From the NCBI GenBank assembly GCA_964016885.1, contig OZ024746.1:37262001-37326000 (forward strand): a DNA stretch of 64,000 nucleotides, written 5' to 3'. Positions within the stretch are counted from its first letter, which is position 1. Every line of letters starts with the position of its first letter. This document shows, piece by piece, positions 61,884 to 64,000 of this stretch. Source of the DNA: Eledone cirrhosa. Taxonomy: Eukaryota. The notes under the pieces were generated by a model. The model made no database searches, was not told the DNA's origin, and saw only the letters and a program-made list of their open reading frames with translations. The position numbers were made by a program, and so were the translations under genes.

Positions 61884-62723
61884 GAATGTATATATATATG
61901 TATATATATATATATTATATATAGGATATAATCAGAAATTATAAATTAAAAACTTAACAATTAGAAATTAAACAATTAAAGATTTTTCAAGTGAGAATCC
62001 GGGTTGTGGTGAGTAAAAATATTATAGATTGAAGTAAGTAAATAATATGCAGAGAGATGTTTAAGTAAGAAGTTCTGAAAGGGTCCTAATGTTGCAGTTA
62101 TACTATCTACATAGTTAACGATGGTGCCGTACAGTAGAACTGAGGGTAAATTACAGTATTACGGGTAGTAGTCAATCGGGTACATAGTCGTAATTTCCAT
62201 CACATGGAACAAAACCAACAAAAACATATATAAAGTACACAAAAGAAAAGAACCAATGAATGAATAAATGAATGAATGAATGAGTGAATGAATGAATGGA
62301 TGAATGCAAAAACACAGTACATATATGCAAAATGATCCATATTATTGTCAATTTGTCCATGTATAGGTTGAATTGAGGGGGCTTCTGTTCAAATGCGATT
62401 TGGTGCAGAAAAAAATAGGGGTTTATCTTTGTTTCCTTCGTATGTATCCTGCCGAAAGTTATTATTATGTCCGTCCAGTGTCAGGGGTTTCTATCCCATG
62501 GTAGAGGGAATTTCCAGGGGTAGCTCATGGTTGGTTCCTCTCTTCTCCACCATATCGGTTACATCATAGAGCGCTCAACTAATAGGAGCTAAATTCTTAG
62601 GGTAACTATTGATGCAATTCAAATCAAGCTCTCAACGTACTTATTCCGCATAGTAGTGACGGAGTAAATATCGAATAAGGAAAAGCGAAATAATTTCAGA
62701 TGTTCAAGTCCTTTAATAATAAT

Positions 62724-62797
62724 GCTGTGATATATATTTCAATGGCGAAAGTGGCCACACTATTCTGTGGGCCAGTCTCGCGACATCGTCAGACAGC
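62724..62797 (-). ncRNA. Type I minimal hammerhead ribozyme, intact core
   Basis: GCTGT-CTGACGA-long stem II (GCGAGACTGGCC...GGCCACTTTCGC)-GAAA-T(ATAT)A-TC-ACAGC. Confidence 0.85.
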
Positions 62798-62849
62798 TCT
62801 CTATATATATACATATAGTTATATAATAAACAACATAAGGCAATTATTC

Positions 62850-62903
62850 CATTTACCAGTGGTTTCTTAAAAGCAAAAGATTTTGCTTTCAATCCTCAGA
62901 ATG
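62850..62903 (-). ncRNA. Type I hammerhead ribozyme, intact core
   Basis: CATT-CTGAGGA-TTGAAAGCAAAA(TC)TTTTGCTTTTAA-GAAA-CC(ACT)GG-TA-AATG. The related copy at 30492-30550 (+) has a mutated stem III and cleavage triplet. Confidence 0.85.
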
Positions 62904-63073
62904 AAAAAATCCTGGTCTGTTTATTGAATTTGGATTTAAAAAAAACAAAAATGCAATATATATGAAAGTCAGCCTGGAGAAAGAAGAAGGAAAGGAAAAA
63001 TAAAATAAAATCACACATGCAAACACACACACAAACACGCACACACACACACACAAGCATACATACACACACC

Positions 63074-63155
<82 letters not shown>

Positions 63156-63379
63156 CAATAATACATGCACACACACATATATACACACATACACATACAT
63201 ATACACATATACACATACATATACACATATATACATACGCACATAAATATCAACACATCCATACATACATATACATATATACAACCACATATATACATAT
63301 ATACATATACCACACACATTTATACACACATACATACATATAGAAACATAAATATCCATATATATACATATACATATAC

Positions 63380-63436
<57 letters not shown>

Positions 63437-64000
63437 AGCATACACATACACAAACATAGCCATACACACATACATATGCATACATACATACATGCACACA
63501 ATCATACATATATACACACGTACATACATACACATACATAAATGCACTCCTCTACATATTCACACACGCAAATAAGTATAAGAAAAAATATATATAAACA
63601 AATAAAAATATTATTGAGTTGACAGCGATACAAACAGCGGGTAGATGAACAGACACGCGTGGTAAGTAATACACACAAATGCACGTATACATACGTACGA
63701 AATAGTGAATACATACACACACTCTAACACATAAATATACATATACAAATACATAAACACATACATACACATACACACATACATGCACTAACACGCACAC
63801 ACACACGTATGCAATTATACACACACATATATACACACACACATATATATATACATATATATATATAAATATAAAAATACACATACACATATATATGCAT
63901 ATATACACACACACATATACATACATGGCTATACAATTATACACATACAAATACGTACATATCATAAACACGCACAACCAAATACAAACACACACTCACA

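Overview
AT-rich, microsatellite-saturated animal DNA, most likely from an octopod cephalopod given its tRNA-derived SINE family; probably intronic or intergenic. I can support no intact host gene, and nearly all listed ORFs are (TA)n/(CA)n translation artefacts. Real coding remnants are all mobile: one near-full-length but broken Naiad-type Penelope-like element (PLE; RT plus GIY-YIG, about 20.7-23.2 kb), four more GIY-YIG fragments, RTE LINE pieces, a Tx1/L1 3' end and a possible piggyBac relic. The main hidden signal is RNA-level. By eye I find about 20 type I hammerhead ribozyme (HHR) motifs, intact or with one or two core changes, from at least 12 unrelated sequence families, plus several 3'-half-only HHRs. 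Most sit in short elements inserted at (TA)n runs and arranged as fold-back palindromes with one arm extended by a short tail. Two families link directly to GIY-YIG ORFs here, so these are most likely PLE termini. Other points: a tandem HHR dimer with a 311-nt period (retrozyme-like), family-fixed non-canonical cores (CAGAAGA, CCGAUGA), fold-back points that often fall inside the ribozyme, and a recurring TNGAGY motif in the tails. All folds and alignments were done by eye and need computational confirmation.
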